Shown piece by piece: positions 26,701 through 36,449 of a DNA stretch of 64,000 nt. Under the pieces are notes generated by a model. That model was not told where the DNA came from. It worked only from the letters and a program-made list of their open reading frames with translations, and made no database searches. A program made the translations under genes and the position numbers. The DNA lies in the IMG/VR virus record IMGVR_UViG_3300024262_006558, positions 1 to 64,000 of that record. One strand, written 5' to 3'. Every line of letters begins with the position of its first letter. The stretch's first letter is position 1.

Positions 26701-28563
26701 AAACCCTTCTCCACTATTTAATAACGCTCTATCCCAAAAAAGACAAAAATCTTTTAATTGCAATCTTTCTTCAGCAGGCATTCCTAATATCAAAGCATCG
26801 CTTATATTTTCAAAATCTGCATTAGCCAAATCAGAAATATCATCAACCCCATCCCTGTCGAAACCAAATGCTCCATTTTGAAAATCGCCAGGCAAATTCG
26901 GATCAGAGCTTCTAGTTACATAAGCAGCTATACCAGATCTTTCTAAAATATTTGATGCCACACTAGTATAATAAGGCTTATATGGATTGCTTTGTAAAAT
27001 TTCAAGATTACTAATTCTGTTTTTTAAATCGTTTTGATCTTGCGCGTTACTTTCGTTAACAATGGATTGATTCTCTGCAATACCTTCTGATACGGCTTTA
27101 ATAAAATCATCAACAAACCTAAGCTCATTATCTTCTATCCCAACTCCTGTTGCTGGTATTTCTTTACCAGAATCTTTAGGATCAAGCTCCATAGGAAAAT
27201 TCAATCCTATCAATCTATTTTGCCCAGTTCTAGTATCCTGATTATTTTCATAACCTTTAATTCCTTCTTCTAGAATTCTCCCTAAAATATAGCCAGCATC
27301 TCCAGCTGTCCTGCTAAACACTTCACCTATAGTTAATTGCTCTAGTTTACTTTCATTAGCCTCAAATATGCTTTGCTGTATAGCTTTCTCAACTAAAGAA
27401 AGATTATCACCTATAGCCTTAAGTCTTATTTTGTAGGCGTCATTGAAGTCGGTTTGGTAACCGTCTACAGTTTCACCATCTTTAGACGCGGCAGCTTTTT
27501 TAGCTGCATCTTTCATCTCTTGTGGAGAACTATTGCTTGTGGCCCCTGGGTTTTTTAAACCCATCTTTTGTTTAAATGCTTCATAAGAAGTAGCTCCATT
27601 GTCAGCTAGCACTCTTGAAACCTCACCGTTAAATTTACTCTTAAGTATAATAAACCTATTTAGAGTGGATATATCACTAGATCTTGATGCAAAGTTTTTC
27701 AATTCTTTTTCAGTCAGCCCTAAGTCATTATCCCCAGTCCCAGCTGTTGGTAATTGTATTTTAGTAAACTTAGTTGTCCCTGTCGTGCCATCTATTTGCC
27801 CCGCTGTAATAATATTATTATTTACTTTCCCGTCTATTGTGTCGCCGAAATTAACTAATTTACTAATAATTATAGCTCCTAACGCATTAGTTTTTAATCC
27901 AGCTAACGTGTTCTGAATCTCATCATACTCTTTGGTTACTTGTTTAGATTTAACGTCAACCTGCTTACCTATCTTAATTAGATCATACAAGGTTTGAGCT
28001 TTAGTAGATTTCTCAATGAAATCACTACTAAAGCTGTTAGTTTTATCTACACCGCTATCTAGTAGCCCAGCTTCTTTCTTTAACCTTTTTACAGCTAAAA
28101 GATATAAAAGTGGCATATCAGCAAAGAATCCCCATTGGTTTGGTACAAAACTAGTTTTTATCTCATAACTATTATCCGATGGATCATAGTTAACATTATA
28201 CTTTTTAAGATTTAATATCCAAGTAACTGGTTGCCCAAGATACCCTTTAAATGTAAAAAAGAACTTTGGAGGAGGCCAGTTAAACAGTACTCCATAGTTA
28301 AGCTCGCTACCCTCCCTCTCTTGATCAAATATTGTATTTCCATACAGATCTTTGAATGTTATTTCTACTATTGGTTGCAAAGATGGATTTACCTCTACAG
28401 AAATATCAGTTATCCCAAATCCTACACCTTCTCTCATCAATTCGAATCTGAATGATTTCTTTCCAGTGAAGTCGATTGCGGTATTGTTGACGCACGTTTC
28501 TAATCGGACTTGAAAATTCAAATCCTGAACGTCAAATAAGTCAGGTTTTATTGGCTTTGGCAT
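23719..28563 (-). CDS. Large baseplate hub-like protein with C-terminal M15 (VanY-like) peptidase
   Basis: 1614 aa; hub-like GNAQIYPMQYFFI...GLYQIMKVKHTI; C-terminal GYRS...PGTSVHGLGLAVD...EFWHWEY zinc-peptidase motifs. Confidence 0.75.
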   Translation of the reverse strand: MPKPIKPDLFDVQDLNFQVRLETCVNNTAIDFTGKKSFRFELMREGVGFGITDISVEVNPSLQPIVEITFKDLYGNTIFDQEREGSELNYGVLFNWPPPKFFFTFKGYLGQPVTWILNLKKYNVNYDPSDNSYEIKTSFVPNQWGFFADMPLLYLLAVKRLKKEAGLLDSGVDKTNSFSSDFIEKSTKAQTLYDLIKIGKQVDVKSKQVTKEYDEIQNTLAGLKTNALGAIIISKLVNFGDTIDGKVNNNIITAGQIDGTTGTTKFTKIQLPTAGTGDNDLGLTEKELKNFASRSSDISTLNRFIILKSKFNGEVSRVLADNGATSYEAFKQKMGLKNPGATSNSSPQEMKDAAKKAAASKDGETVDGYQTDFNDAYKIRLKAIGDNLSLVEKAIQQSIFEANESKLEQLTIGEVFSRTAGDAGYILGRILEEGIKGYENNQDTRTGQNRLIGLNFPMELDPKDSGKEIPATGVGIEDNELRFVDDFIKAVSEGIAENQSIVNESNAQDQNDLKNRISNLEILQSNPYKPYYTSVASNILERSGIAAYVTRSSDPNLPGDFQNGAFGFDRDGVDDISDLANADFENISDALILGMPAEERLQLKDFCLFWDRALLNSGEGFRNQNPETEDEQPEALNSSGNPILMHDKPGSALSDDILNFRVFLNPDDAIDPFALGADLSRSKTVKEFLDSVCRSLLKLNNGDLIDKAGWAGDAYVLNRMRNNSVPYINGTVNNTYYLMVFEGADAISARDKKNSPTDLQFSNKDPDERKFFDAGLAETIYGVTSVEQYFSSGSDNEEAGRITTFNEYVDKNQVFSYTSLKDNEDDLGISSNAQLQNDILTTGIYFDKDTRFPITITTAGGGQNIVTSRELTESEKDNYRTDDNTGFILFGNLSEDDQSRVTNLSNFDILNNGAAGASGSFDIFQINEEDLLWKKKIVQNPTDNETEISAEGLAYTVYQHTNDVNSDSARTLVFGPFIRDSISESGALPSSSTDSFNSGRNQRVFLKIFCRNLLQKLNRIEEEQKQIIGNILGKAEEQKDVIYKQFHLLFSQWNALAFEDQEEMDGSSPLCTPVIDGNGLADRLEKMLSNREDVLSPQDVLSSDPSEAELEEAQPIIDASENQGAQSSPPNGTFRYDFPLNALNNAQVEVSKSIISIDPLYKIKANTTVLNVIQQICTKNNFIFIPIPGNANYRDIKDIYKPNPEQAKITVRNYFHVLFAPTPERRVFSNGKNALQNSVPDPENINVPALLVEFGSPDNQIIKSVSVGTDENKATAESIVNLQRLVDNENQNKTVTTNCSMLSVLEGRSYKARVETLGNAQIYPMQYFFINKTPLFGGLYQIMKVKHTIRSNDFSTSYEGIKIVQTSENYGGVKPITINTLRGIKVFEPQAGTTPGEQTNINSYYNDDAERILTLDNNAPSEAKTTMKTVRNGNIPEDQLTRSEILAKNLSGDKPYLVNAAAKSFDSMISAFNKATFIGKQNIIFTDGYRSLVRQTALKKKYGKYAASPGTSVHGLGLAVDMFWGVKTKTGKSYADRPVGYKHPNYQWFHKNAWKFGWHNPPKLHDDAGSIDEFWHWEYNGKKIKPNRLPTRYSSPWNKQKDVSIIKRYGGYFK

Positions 28564-28611
28564 TAGAATGTTTTAATGAAAATATATACAAACAAGATAT
28601 TATTGTAAATA

Positions 28612-28923
28612 CTACTGTAGATCTTCCCTATTTCTACCTATACTTATTTTTTTTACTACTTCTTCCTGAACATCTTTTAATGGAAAAGGCACTCTAATAA
28701 TAGTATTGTCTGGAATGTCGAACTCAATAAAATATTCAGGATTAGCCCACATTATTATCTTACTGCAAGTTGCATCATCATAAATATTTTCAGCAATCCT
28801 ATCTAATCTAGTTTTATCGCTATTGTACTCTACAAACTTATCTGTAGATCTTTGTTTAATTTTAAAAGGAGGGAAAGCTTTTAATTTCATCCCATCTCTT
28901 AATAAAGCTGCAAAATCAATCAT
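28612..28923 (-). CDS. Baseplate wedge / LysM-like (gp53/Tail X-like) protein
   Basis: RLDRIAENIYDD...IIMWANPE...IPDNTIIRVP; position in baseplate module. Confidence 0.75.
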   Translation of the reverse strand: MIDFAALLRDGMKLKAFPPFKIKQRSTDKFVEYNSDKTRLDRIAENIYDDATCSKIIMWANPEYFIEFDIPDNTIIRVPFPLKDVQEEVVKKISIGRNREDLQ

Positions 28924-28941
28924 ATCATTAATTATTTAATA

Positions 28942-31900
28942 TTAAGTAGCTGCTCCAGGGGTGGGCTGAGTATCAGGCCTTTGAGCTTGTTTCCCTGCTG
29001 ATGAATCAGGCTTTACTGGCGTCTTCTTGCTAACTGTCTTTTTTCTATCGCTAAAATAACCTCCTACATCATCAGAAAGAAGAGGAGCGCCTCCTCCAGT
29101 TCTATATTCTCCAATAATTTCGAAATTCATCGTAACATTAGCCCACATAGGTTGAGTTTTACCACCATCTAAAGTCCATACAGTATCAGTGTAATCATAC
29201 GATATACTATTTACAATAATATCGTGGTTAAAATACTCTCCTAAATGCATGTGGCAAACTGGTGGTTTAAGGAAAGAAAATCCTGACCCTGTATTTTTAG
29301 AGGGTCTAGTCATTTTTTCCAGGAACTCAATTCTTGTAATAAAATCTACTTTATCTCCAGAAAAATACGCAGGTTGGAAAAGTAGATTTTTCTTCATCTC
29401 ATCTAACCTAGTTACAGTGTTCTCTGGCTTACTATCTATTTTCCCATCTTCCCTATCTCTGTATCCAACATTTGAGTATACATTAGAACCATTTGGGCTT
29501 TCCTCAGAATACCTTACTGACACAGTTCTGTCAAGTTCCCAAATTTTAGAATTTATATTCTTAACTTGAATTCTCTTCTCTGTAACATCAGCTTGTCTAG
29601 AAGCTGTTTCTGGACCACCTACAGAAATGGCTGCATTTAACTCACCTATCTCATTTCTAATAGCTTTTCTTTCAGCGATCAAAGCATCTAGCTGAGCTTT
29701 CTTTTGAGGCCTTGTTGGTTGAGTAAACCTCTTGCCTTCAAAATTGTATTCTATACTTTTTCCAGTTTCGTAATCAACTCCAATATCCACCTTCTGAGCA
29801 AAATCTGTCAATACAAAGAATGACACGCTACCATTTCTAGTGCTATAATTATATGTATACAGAGGTTCTGGTCTACCAACGAAGTTTATAGAATTCCAGT
29901 TTGCGTTACTTGCGTGATTAAACGAAGATACATAAGGAGGGAAAAACATAGATGACATTTTACCATCCCCATTCTGTATTGAATAGTTCTGGAAGAATAA
30001 TGTTAAATTCTCCGCTCCAGATGGAGCGTAAGGATTTGCAATACTATATCTCTGTTTAGAGACTTTTGGAGCCCCATCAGCTTTAACTCCTATTACAAAT
30101 TCTTTTGCAATCTGAGTATCAAAGTTACCTTGCATATCCAGTCCAGAGCCAGCGCTTGAGTTTTTTATTGTATTAACTATTCTCCTTACCCCTCTTCTTC
30201 CTAATTTAAAATCAGCGTCATCAAAAGCGTTCCCTGGAAGAACTTGAGACTGCATTGATAAAGCTGACCCTAACTTACCTGGACTTGGCCTTAATATATC
30301 TTCTGGCTCAGCTTTGAAGTATTTACCTTGATTAGCTGCAATAATCGCTCTAGGGGTGGTGTTGGTTTCCGCTTGAGTTTCTAACCCAATATTACCCAAG
30401 CCTCCAATTGATGCTGTTATCAATTCCTGAACTCCTCCAAAAGTAGTGTTCATTAGAACGTCTCTACCAGATTGGTCTCCAGGAAGTAATTTTTGAAGAT
30501 TAAACGTACTTCTGCTTGAGTTGTACTTTAACATTGCCTCAGTCAAGGATCCTCTTAGGAATTTTCTGTCGGCAGTAATATTAGACTCTGGAAACCTTAT
30601 AGTTTCAGTGGGTTTATCTATTCCTTTAAGAGATATACCAAGATATCCTTGCAAATTATTGCTTTGATTTTTAATGTAGTTTGCGGTAGCTGCTAAAGGC
30701 CCGTTATCACCAATCCTAGCTTGATTCCATAATTCAGATCTACTGTCTTTACCTATTTCATAACTTGGTTGAGCTTGATTTAAAATAGCATCGTTTTTTG
30801 ACACCAATAACTTTCTAAATATAATACCCTGAACCAATACTCTTGATATACCTACAAAAGCACTTGTTCCAAATCCTAATATGTTCACACCCAAAAGACC
30901 ACCACCATTTCTAGATATCATAGTATCTCTAAATGTTGCTGAGTCCTGCTCAAGATCAGTGGTGTGTGGTTTATTTTTTCCTATTAAATCTTCCCTTAAA
31001 GGATCAGAGTTTTCTAAAAGATCAGTGGTTTTAGAAATATTCTTAGAGACGTTTACACCTCTTGAGATTTCTGAATCGCCTAACAAGTCAGTCTCTACAG
31101 GAACATTCTTACTTATAAGATCTTCTCTTAATTGTTGACCAGCAACTAGTAGAGAAGTTTCTTTGCCTACATTTTTTCCTATAAGATCCTCTCTAGGCGC
31201 CTCACTGTCTACTAATAAATTAGTAACCTTTCCCACGTTCTTGCCTATAAGATCTTCTCTAGGATCTTGACTATCAATTAGTAAGTCAGTTACCTTTCCT
31301 ACATTCTTGCTTAAAAGATCTTTTCTAGGAGCCTGGCTATCAGAAAGTAAATCAGTAACTTTCCCTACATTCTTTCCTAACAGATCATTTCTAGTTAGAT
31401 CACTATCCGTTTCCAAATTAGTAACCTTAGCCACAGTCTTCCCTAAAAGATCTTTTCTAGTAGTTGCACTATCCGTTTCTAAGTTTGTCACCTTAGTAAC
31501 AGTCATCCCCAATAGATCTTTTCTAGTAGAAGCGCTATCTGTTTCTAAATTTGTTATCTTAGGATTATTTGCCCCAAGCAAGTCAGTTCTAAATTGATTA
31601 CTATCCGTCTCTAGATTTGTTACCTTAGAGCTATTTGCTCCAAGTAAATCAGTTCTAAATTGATTGCTATCCACCTCTAAATTGGAAGCTTTAACCACGG
31701 TCATCCCTAATAGATCTTTCCTAGTCTGAGCGCTATCCGTCTCTAAATTAGTGATCTTAGGATTATTCTTCCCAACTAGATCTTTCCTAGTCGCATCACT
31801 ATCTCTCTCTAAGCTAGTAACTTTGGGATTATTCATCCCTAAGAGATCTTTTCTAAATATTTCAGAATCTTTTTCAAGATCAGATTCAACTACAATATTC

Positions 31901-33030
31901 TTACTTAATAAATTCTTTCTTGCTTCAGCAAAGAAAGTTAATAGATCAGTTGTTTCAACCTTACTTCTTCCTATGAGATCTTTTCTTACTCCAGCAAATA
32001 AACTGTCTAGAGTTTCGGTTCTTATTTCAACTTTTTTCCCTACGTTGTTTTGACGTATTGAATCAGAGTCAGTTAATAAATCTGTTACACTCCCCGTGTT
32101 GCGAGCTACAGAATCCTTTCTAATAACATCAGAGGAAGTAAGTAGATCAGTTGTCGGAGAAACGTTAGCCGATATTAAAGCAGCTCTAAAAGCCGCTGAT
32201 ACATCCTCTAGGGAAATGGTGCTTGTTTTATTCTTGCTCAAGAGAGCGTCTCTAGTTTTAGAGAAAAATGTCTCAAGATCAGTGGAGCTAACAATATTTT
32301 TTGAAGTTGAATCTTTTCTAAAAACCTCAGAGTCTTTTAACAGATCTGTTTGATCAGACATCCCTTTTGAAAGGTTGTTTTTCCTGTATGCTTCAGAGTC
32401 TAATTCAAGATTGCTAGTTTCAGATACCCCTTTTGAAAGATTATTTATCCTGTATGCTTCAGAGTCAGTTTCAAGATTTGTTTCTTTTACAGAATTTTTG
32501 GCAACATTAGCGATTCTTATACCTTCAGAGTCGTCAGCTAAATCCCTCCCAGGAACATCTACAGTATTCTTAGAAACAGCGTTTCTTCTTAAAGTTTCAG
32601 ATGAAGTAAGTAAATCGGAAGAGTTCTCTACATTTTTAGATAAAAGAGTTTCACGGACTTGACGAGACTTATCTAATAAGTCACTCAATTCTTTGTTTAT
32701 CTTTAGTCTAGCTTCAAGTCCTTTTCTTATGTCTTCAGAGCTTCTTAATAAATCAGTTTCCTTAGAAACGTTTTTAGAAAGCAATAAATCTCTTATAGCC
32801 TTTGACCCTGCATCTAAATCTTTTGAAAATAGGTTTGGTTTATTTTTTGAAAGTAGATGCTCTCTAGTTCTTGGATAAGCAACATCATACACATTTTCAG
32901 GACGTACAACATTCTTAGCTAGAAGCTTTGCTCTAGTTTCATCAGCAAATTCCCCATAGAATCTTTTAATTCTACGTTCTATTCGCTCTTGCTCATCGTG
33001 TTCATCGAAAAATGGTCCAAGGTCAGACAT
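28942..33030 (-). CDS. Tail-associated protein with ~30 22-aa repeats and a C-terminal tube/baseplate-initiator-like domain
   Basis: Repeats such as KVTNLETDSATTRKDLLGKTVA; C-terminal FPPYVSSF...NWN...VGRPEPLYTY...PPVCHMHLG. Confidence 0.7.
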   Translation of the reverse strand: MSDLGPFFDEHDEQERIERRIKRFYGEFADETRAKLLAKNVVRPENVYDVAYPRTREHLLSKNKPNLFSKDLDAGSKAIRDLLLSKNVSKETDLLRSSEDIRKGLEARLKINKELSDLLDKSRQVRETLLSKNVENSSDLLTSSETLRRNAVSKNTVDVPGRDLADDSEGIRIANVAKNSVKETNLETDSEAYRINNLSKGVSETSNLELDSEAYRKNNLSKGMSDQTDLLKDSEVFRKDSTSKNIVSSTDLETFFSKTRDALLSKNKTSTISLEDVSAAFRAALISANVSPTTDLLTSSDVIRKDSVARNTGSVTDLLTDSDSIRQNNVGKKVEIRTETLDSLFAGVRKDLIGRSKVETTDLLTFFAEARKNLLSKNIVVESDLEKDSEIFRKDLLGMNNPKVTSLERDSDATRKDLVGKNNPKITNLETDSAQTRKDLLGMTVVKASNLEVDSNQFRTDLLGANSSKVTNLETDSNQFRTDLLGANNPKITNLETDSASTRKDLLGMTVTKVTNLETDSATTRKDLLGKTVAKVTNLETDSDLTRNDLLGKNVGKVTDLLSDSQAPRKDLLSKNVGKVTDLLIDSQDPREDLIGKNVGKVTNLLVDSEAPREDLIGKNVGKETSLLVAGQQLREDLISKNVPVETDLLGDSEISRGVNVSKNISKTTDLLENSDPLREDLIGKNKPHTTDLEQDSATFRDTMISRNGGGLLGVNILGFGTSAFVGISRVLVQGIIFRKLLVSKNDAILNQAQPSYEIGKDSRSELWNQARIGDNGPLAATANYIKNQSNNLQGYLGISLKGIDKPTETIRFPESNITADRKFLRGSLTEAMLKYNSSRSTFNLQKLLPGDQSGRDVLMNTTFGGVQELITASIGGLGNIGLETQAETNTTPRAIIAANQGKYFKAEPEDILRPSPGKLGSALSMQSQVLPGNAFDDADFKLGRRGVRRIVNTIKNSSAGSGLDMQGNFDTQIAKEFVIGVKADGAPKVSKQRYSIANPYAPSGAENLTLFFQNYSIQNGDGKMSSMFFPPYVSSFNHASNANWNSINFVGRPEPLYTYNYSTRNGSVSFFVLTDFAQKVDIGVDYETGKSIEYNFEGKRFTQPTRPQKKAQLDALIAERKAIRNEIGELNAAISVGGPETASRQADVTEKRIQVKNINSKIWELDRTVSVRYSEESPNGSNVYSNVGYRDREDGKIDSKPENTVTRLDEMKKNLLFQPAYFSGDKVDFITRIEFLEKMTRPSKNTGSGFSFLKPPVCHMHLGEYFNHDIIVNSISYDYTDTVWTLDGGKTQPMWANVTMNFEIIGEYRTGGGAPLLSDDVGGYFSDRKKTVSKKTPVKPDSSAGKQAQRPDTQPTPGAAT
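30910..32950 (-). repeat. Degenerate 66-bp (22-aa) tandem coding repeat
   Basis: Consensus K-x-T-[ND]-L-[EL]-x-D-S-x3-R-x-D-L-[LI]-[GS]-K-N-x2; best conserved ~31000-31900; ends approximate. Confidence 0.88.
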
Positions 33031-33045
33031 GTATTATGTTTTTAT

Positions 33046-33053
33046 TATAAATA
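33046..33053 (-). promoter_or_regulatory. Putative late promoter motif TATTTATA
   Basis: 15 nt upstream of ATG 33030. Confidence 0.6.
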
Positions 33054-33081
33054 ACTGGACAAAAATTTTAAAAGACTTGTT

Positions 33082-36000
33082 TTAAGTAACAAGATCGTTA
33101 TCATCAACAATAAATTGTTGTATATCTCTACCGTTCAACTTAAGATCGACTGTAATTGTTCTATTACCTCCACCTCCTCCAGATTTACCTCCTGAGCCCA
33201 AACTTCCAGATAACTCTTGCATCGCTGTCGCAATAGTCCCCATTGCGGCAGCATTCGCTAACCCCTCAGAAACATCAGCAAACTCTTCTAATCTATCCAT
33301 ATCAAGAGCTGCAACCGCAGTATTAAGCCTTTCTATACCTTCAGAGAAACGATCCATGCCATCGGCAGCTATTACCATGAAATCAGCCAATGGCTCCATT
33401 ACAGCGGCTAATCCAGACAACATGCCAACCATAGTAATTAAACCAAGTATAGCAACTGGGTTTAAGAACCCCATTGCGGCTACAGAAAACCCAAGTAAAC
33501 CTGGGACTGCTGATAACAAAGCATCTCCCATTTGAGAAAAGCCTCCCCAGTTTATATTAGCAAGAGATTTAAACGCATCAGCAGCAAGCAATAACCCGCC
33601 CGCCGCAGCAGCTAATGATGCTCCGACAAGAATCAACGTACCAGCTCCTAATAACAAGAATACTAATTGTGGACCCATAAGTAAAGCTCCAAGACCCATT
33701 AATGCAAGCACTGATAAAGCCATAATCCCAATACCCATTAGAACGCTGCCCCAGTCTATATCAGTCATCATTTGCATTGCAAACGCAAATGGTATTAAGG
33801 ATGCTCCAACTAAAACCATAGCCAGCGCTCCTTTTAATAAACTTCCCATATCCACGGCGCTCATCAGTTTAGATAAAGCAACAATAGACCCTCCTAATAC
33901 TATTAAAGATAAAGACGCCATTGCTAGTTGCGGTAGAGCCTCAAATCCTCCCATAGTGCTCATAGCCATACCAAAAGCGGCTACACCCACACTGATACCT
34001 ACAAGCGAAGCAGTTACCTTAAGAATGTCTTTCATTTTTACTCCACCAAAAGCTTTTATTCCATTTGCTAAACTCCCAAGAAATCCGCCACCTTTACCTT
34101 TTGGCATTTTTTTACTTAATTTATCAGAGCTTTCAGTTATTCCGCCAAGAGCCCCGCTTCCACCGCCTGCAATTTTACTAACCCCTCCTTTTACAGCTGA
34201 AGCTATAAATTGCCCGATTGATGATTTAAATATAAACGCGGCAGCCATTAACCCGCCTACTATCATTTTTCCCCACCCTGGCAGCTTATTAATCCCTTGA
34301 TTAAGAACGCCTAATACTTTAGCAAGCGTCTCTATAAAAGGTTGAAAAATTGTAAATGTATTTATTAGTGTATTAACTAAGGCTGTCCAAGAATCCTGTA
34401 AAGACTTATTTTCCATAGCTTGCGTTTCTAAATCTTTAGCTCTAGCTACTCTATCTTCTGTTAATTTTTTAATCTCATCTGGGCCCAGCATAGAAAGATC
34501 TCTACCATCTAAAATATCAGCAAGATCTGAATCAGCCTTAATTTGAACTTTGCCGTCTTTAAATTCCGTCATATCGGCGATCATAGCTTTCGCATCTTCA
34601 CCTCCTTCAAATTCAAACATACTCTCAGGGAATATATCTAGCTTAGCATTATCTTGAGCTGTCTTAGTAAACATGTTTTGAAGATCAGTAAGCTGCATAC
34701 CTGTAGCATCCGCTACAATTCTAAGCCTGTCAGAATCTACTGGGTCGAATTTCATTTCCCCAGTCTTTTCATCAAACTCCCCTATGTCACCACCCATTTG
34801 CTTCAATAGCTTTTGCATTTCTTCAGGACCCTTACGAGCGGCTGAAAGTAAATCCATTGGGTTTATGTTTGCGAAAGAACCTGCAGCCAATTGTAATTCA
34901 GCAGCCATCTCCATAGACCCTTCAATACTCCTAGCTCTTTCAGCTACATTGAAAATACTGTCTACGTTAATTCTCATTCTTTCAGCTTGAGCCGTCATTC
35001 TAGCTAAACTTTCTTCTCCTCCTTGGAATCCGAACTCACGCATCTTTTTGATGTTTCTTTCCATTCCTTCCAACACCCTCTTTGTGCTAACTCCTAATAA
35101 TTTAGCGTTAACATTAGCTGTTTTAAAGGCTCCTTCTACCCTTTCGGAATCAGCTCCCATATTTATAAGATCTCCAGCTAAACCCGCCATAGTCTCAGAG
35201 CTTGCTCCAGTAGCTTTTTGAACCGCTGCCATAGAGTCAGCCATTTGAATCAACGTCCCTTTATCTACGCTCCTAATCTCCTCAGAAAGAGACCCCATAA
35301 GCTGAACCGTCTCACCAACACTCATTCCAAACTCAGCGGTTTTCATAGTAAGGTCTGTCATCGCCGCAGCGCCTTCCATCCCTACACCTTTAAACATGAT
35401 GCCAAAATTTTTCTGAGCATCAGATATAGCTTGATCGAATTCGAACATTCTATCAATACCTTTTCTTTTAATATTTTTACCTAAAGCTTCCATCCCTTTA
35501 CTAAGGCTGAAAATTTCTTTAGTGCTTTTTTGAGCTTCGGCTACAAATTCTTTTTGACCCTCAACCATATTAGACATATTGCCAGCAATACTCATGGTTT
35601 CAACATCCATTTTTCCAAACAGATTCAAAGCAACCGCAGCATCATCTCCATATTTTTCTACAAACTTAGAAATCTCACCTTTAGCTATTGCTATAGCTAA
35701 ATCCTTTCTAAGTGTTTCATCAGCAATATTAAGTAGCTCACCATGCTCTTTGGTGATACTAGCCATTTCCTTATCTATACTTTTGTAGGCATCAAGTTGA
35801 TCCTCTGTTTTTTCAAGTATTTGTTTTAAGGTATCTTTATTTAGATCAGTTAAATCATCTTTATAATGATCCCAATCTTTCATTATTTCCTTAGTCTCTT
35901 TTTGAAAATCTACTAAGGACATGTCCTCAATAGATCTACCCACTTTAGTTTCCATTAAATTTGAAAACTCCTTCATGGATCCAGCATTAAGCTGAGACAT

Positions 36001-36363
36001 GCTAGAAGCCAAGTCTTTCACCCCTTTAGAAAGATCCCATTTAGCTAGTGATGCAAAATCCTTTTGCAAGCCCTCAGTTTTGTTTAAAAAACTTTTATCA
36101 AGCTCTTCTCCAACCGTTTTAAGCCCGTCTCTAATTTCCGTAAGATGATTTGCAATGTTTGTGAGGTCTGCAGGGGTCTTTTTAACTTTATCAAAAAATT
36201 CAGCCCCAGATATGTTCATGATATTATTGGAAATAGCATCCCACGTATCTCTAGTGCCATCAGTGAGACGTTTCATCTCTTTCTGGTTGTTCAAGATATT
36301 ATTTGTTGCATTTAAAGCTTGTTGATAAGCTTTTGGGTCAAAATTTCCTGGAGCGTCAGCCAT
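33082..36363 (-). CDS. Tail tape measure protein
   Basis: 1093 aa, helical Ala/Gly/Met-rich with hydrophobic C-terminal half; downstream of chaperone pair and upstream of baseplate genes. Confidence 0.85.
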   Translation of the reverse strand: MADAPGNFDPKAYQQALNATNNILNNQKEMKRLTDGTRDTWDAISNNIMNISGAEFFDKVKKTPADLTNIANHLTEIRDGLKTVGEELDKSFLNKTEGLQKDFASLAKWDLSKGVKDLASSMSQLNAGSMKEFSNLMETKVGRSIEDMSLVDFQKETKEIMKDWDHYKDDLTDLNKDTLKQILEKTEDQLDAYKSIDKEMASITKEHGELLNIADETLRKDLAIAIAKGEISKFVEKYGDDAAVALNLFGKMDVETMSIAGNMSNMVEGQKEFVAEAQKSTKEIFSLSKGMEALGKNIKRKGIDRMFEFDQAISDAQKNFGIMFKGVGMEGAAAMTDLTMKTAEFGMSVGETVQLMGSLSEEIRSVDKGTLIQMADSMAAVQKATGASSETMAGLAGDLINMGADSERVEGAFKTANVNAKLLGVSTKRVLEGMERNIKKMREFGFQGGEESLARMTAQAERMRINVDSIFNVAERARSIEGSMEMAAELQLAAGSFANINPMDLLSAARKGPEEMQKLLKQMGGDIGEFDEKTGEMKFDPVDSDRLRIVADATGMQLTDLQNMFTKTAQDNAKLDIFPESMFEFEGGEDAKAMIADMTEFKDGKVQIKADSDLADILDGRDLSMLGPDEIKKLTEDRVARAKDLETQAMENKSLQDSWTALVNTLINTFTIFQPFIETLAKVLGVLNQGINKLPGWGKMIVGGLMAAAFIFKSSIGQFIASAVKGGVSKIAGGGSGALGGITESSDKLSKKMPKGKGGGFLGSLANGIKAFGGVKMKDILKVTASLVGISVGVAAFGMAMSTMGGFEALPQLAMASLSLIVLGGSIVALSKLMSAVDMGSLLKGALAMVLVGASLIPFAFAMQMMTDIDWGSVLMGIGIMALSVLALMGLGALLMGPQLVFLLLGAGTLILVGASLAAAAGGLLLAADAFKSLANINWGGFSQMGDALLSAVPGLLGFSVAAMGFLNPVAILGLITMVGMLSGLAAVMEPLADFMVIAADGMDRFSEGIERLNTAVAALDMDRLEEFADVSEGLANAAAMGTIATAMQELSGSLGSGGKSGGGGGNRTITVDLKLNGRDIQQFIVDDNDLVT

Positions 36364-36379
36364 TTATAAATCATTTTTT

Positions 36380-36387
36380 TATAAATA
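36380..36387 (-). promoter_or_regulatory. Putative late promoter motif TATTTATA
   Basis: 16 nt upstream of tape measure ATG, directly after a terminator. Confidence 0.6.
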
Positions 36388-36396
36388 GATGATAAT

Positions 36397-36427
36397 AAAA
36401 AAAGACCCCTATTATAAAGGGGTCTTT
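36397..36427 (-). terminator. Intrinsic terminator
   Basis: AAAGACCCCT-ATTATAA-AGGGGTCTTT stem with T tract on minus strand. Confidence 0.8.
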
Positions 36428-36449
36428 GGCACTCGTGAAACTAAAATTA

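Noticed and set aside
30910-32950. 66-bp periodic repeats as a CRISPR array
   Set aside because: The repeats are in-frame, degenerate at codon third positions and have no unique spacers; no cas genes are present.
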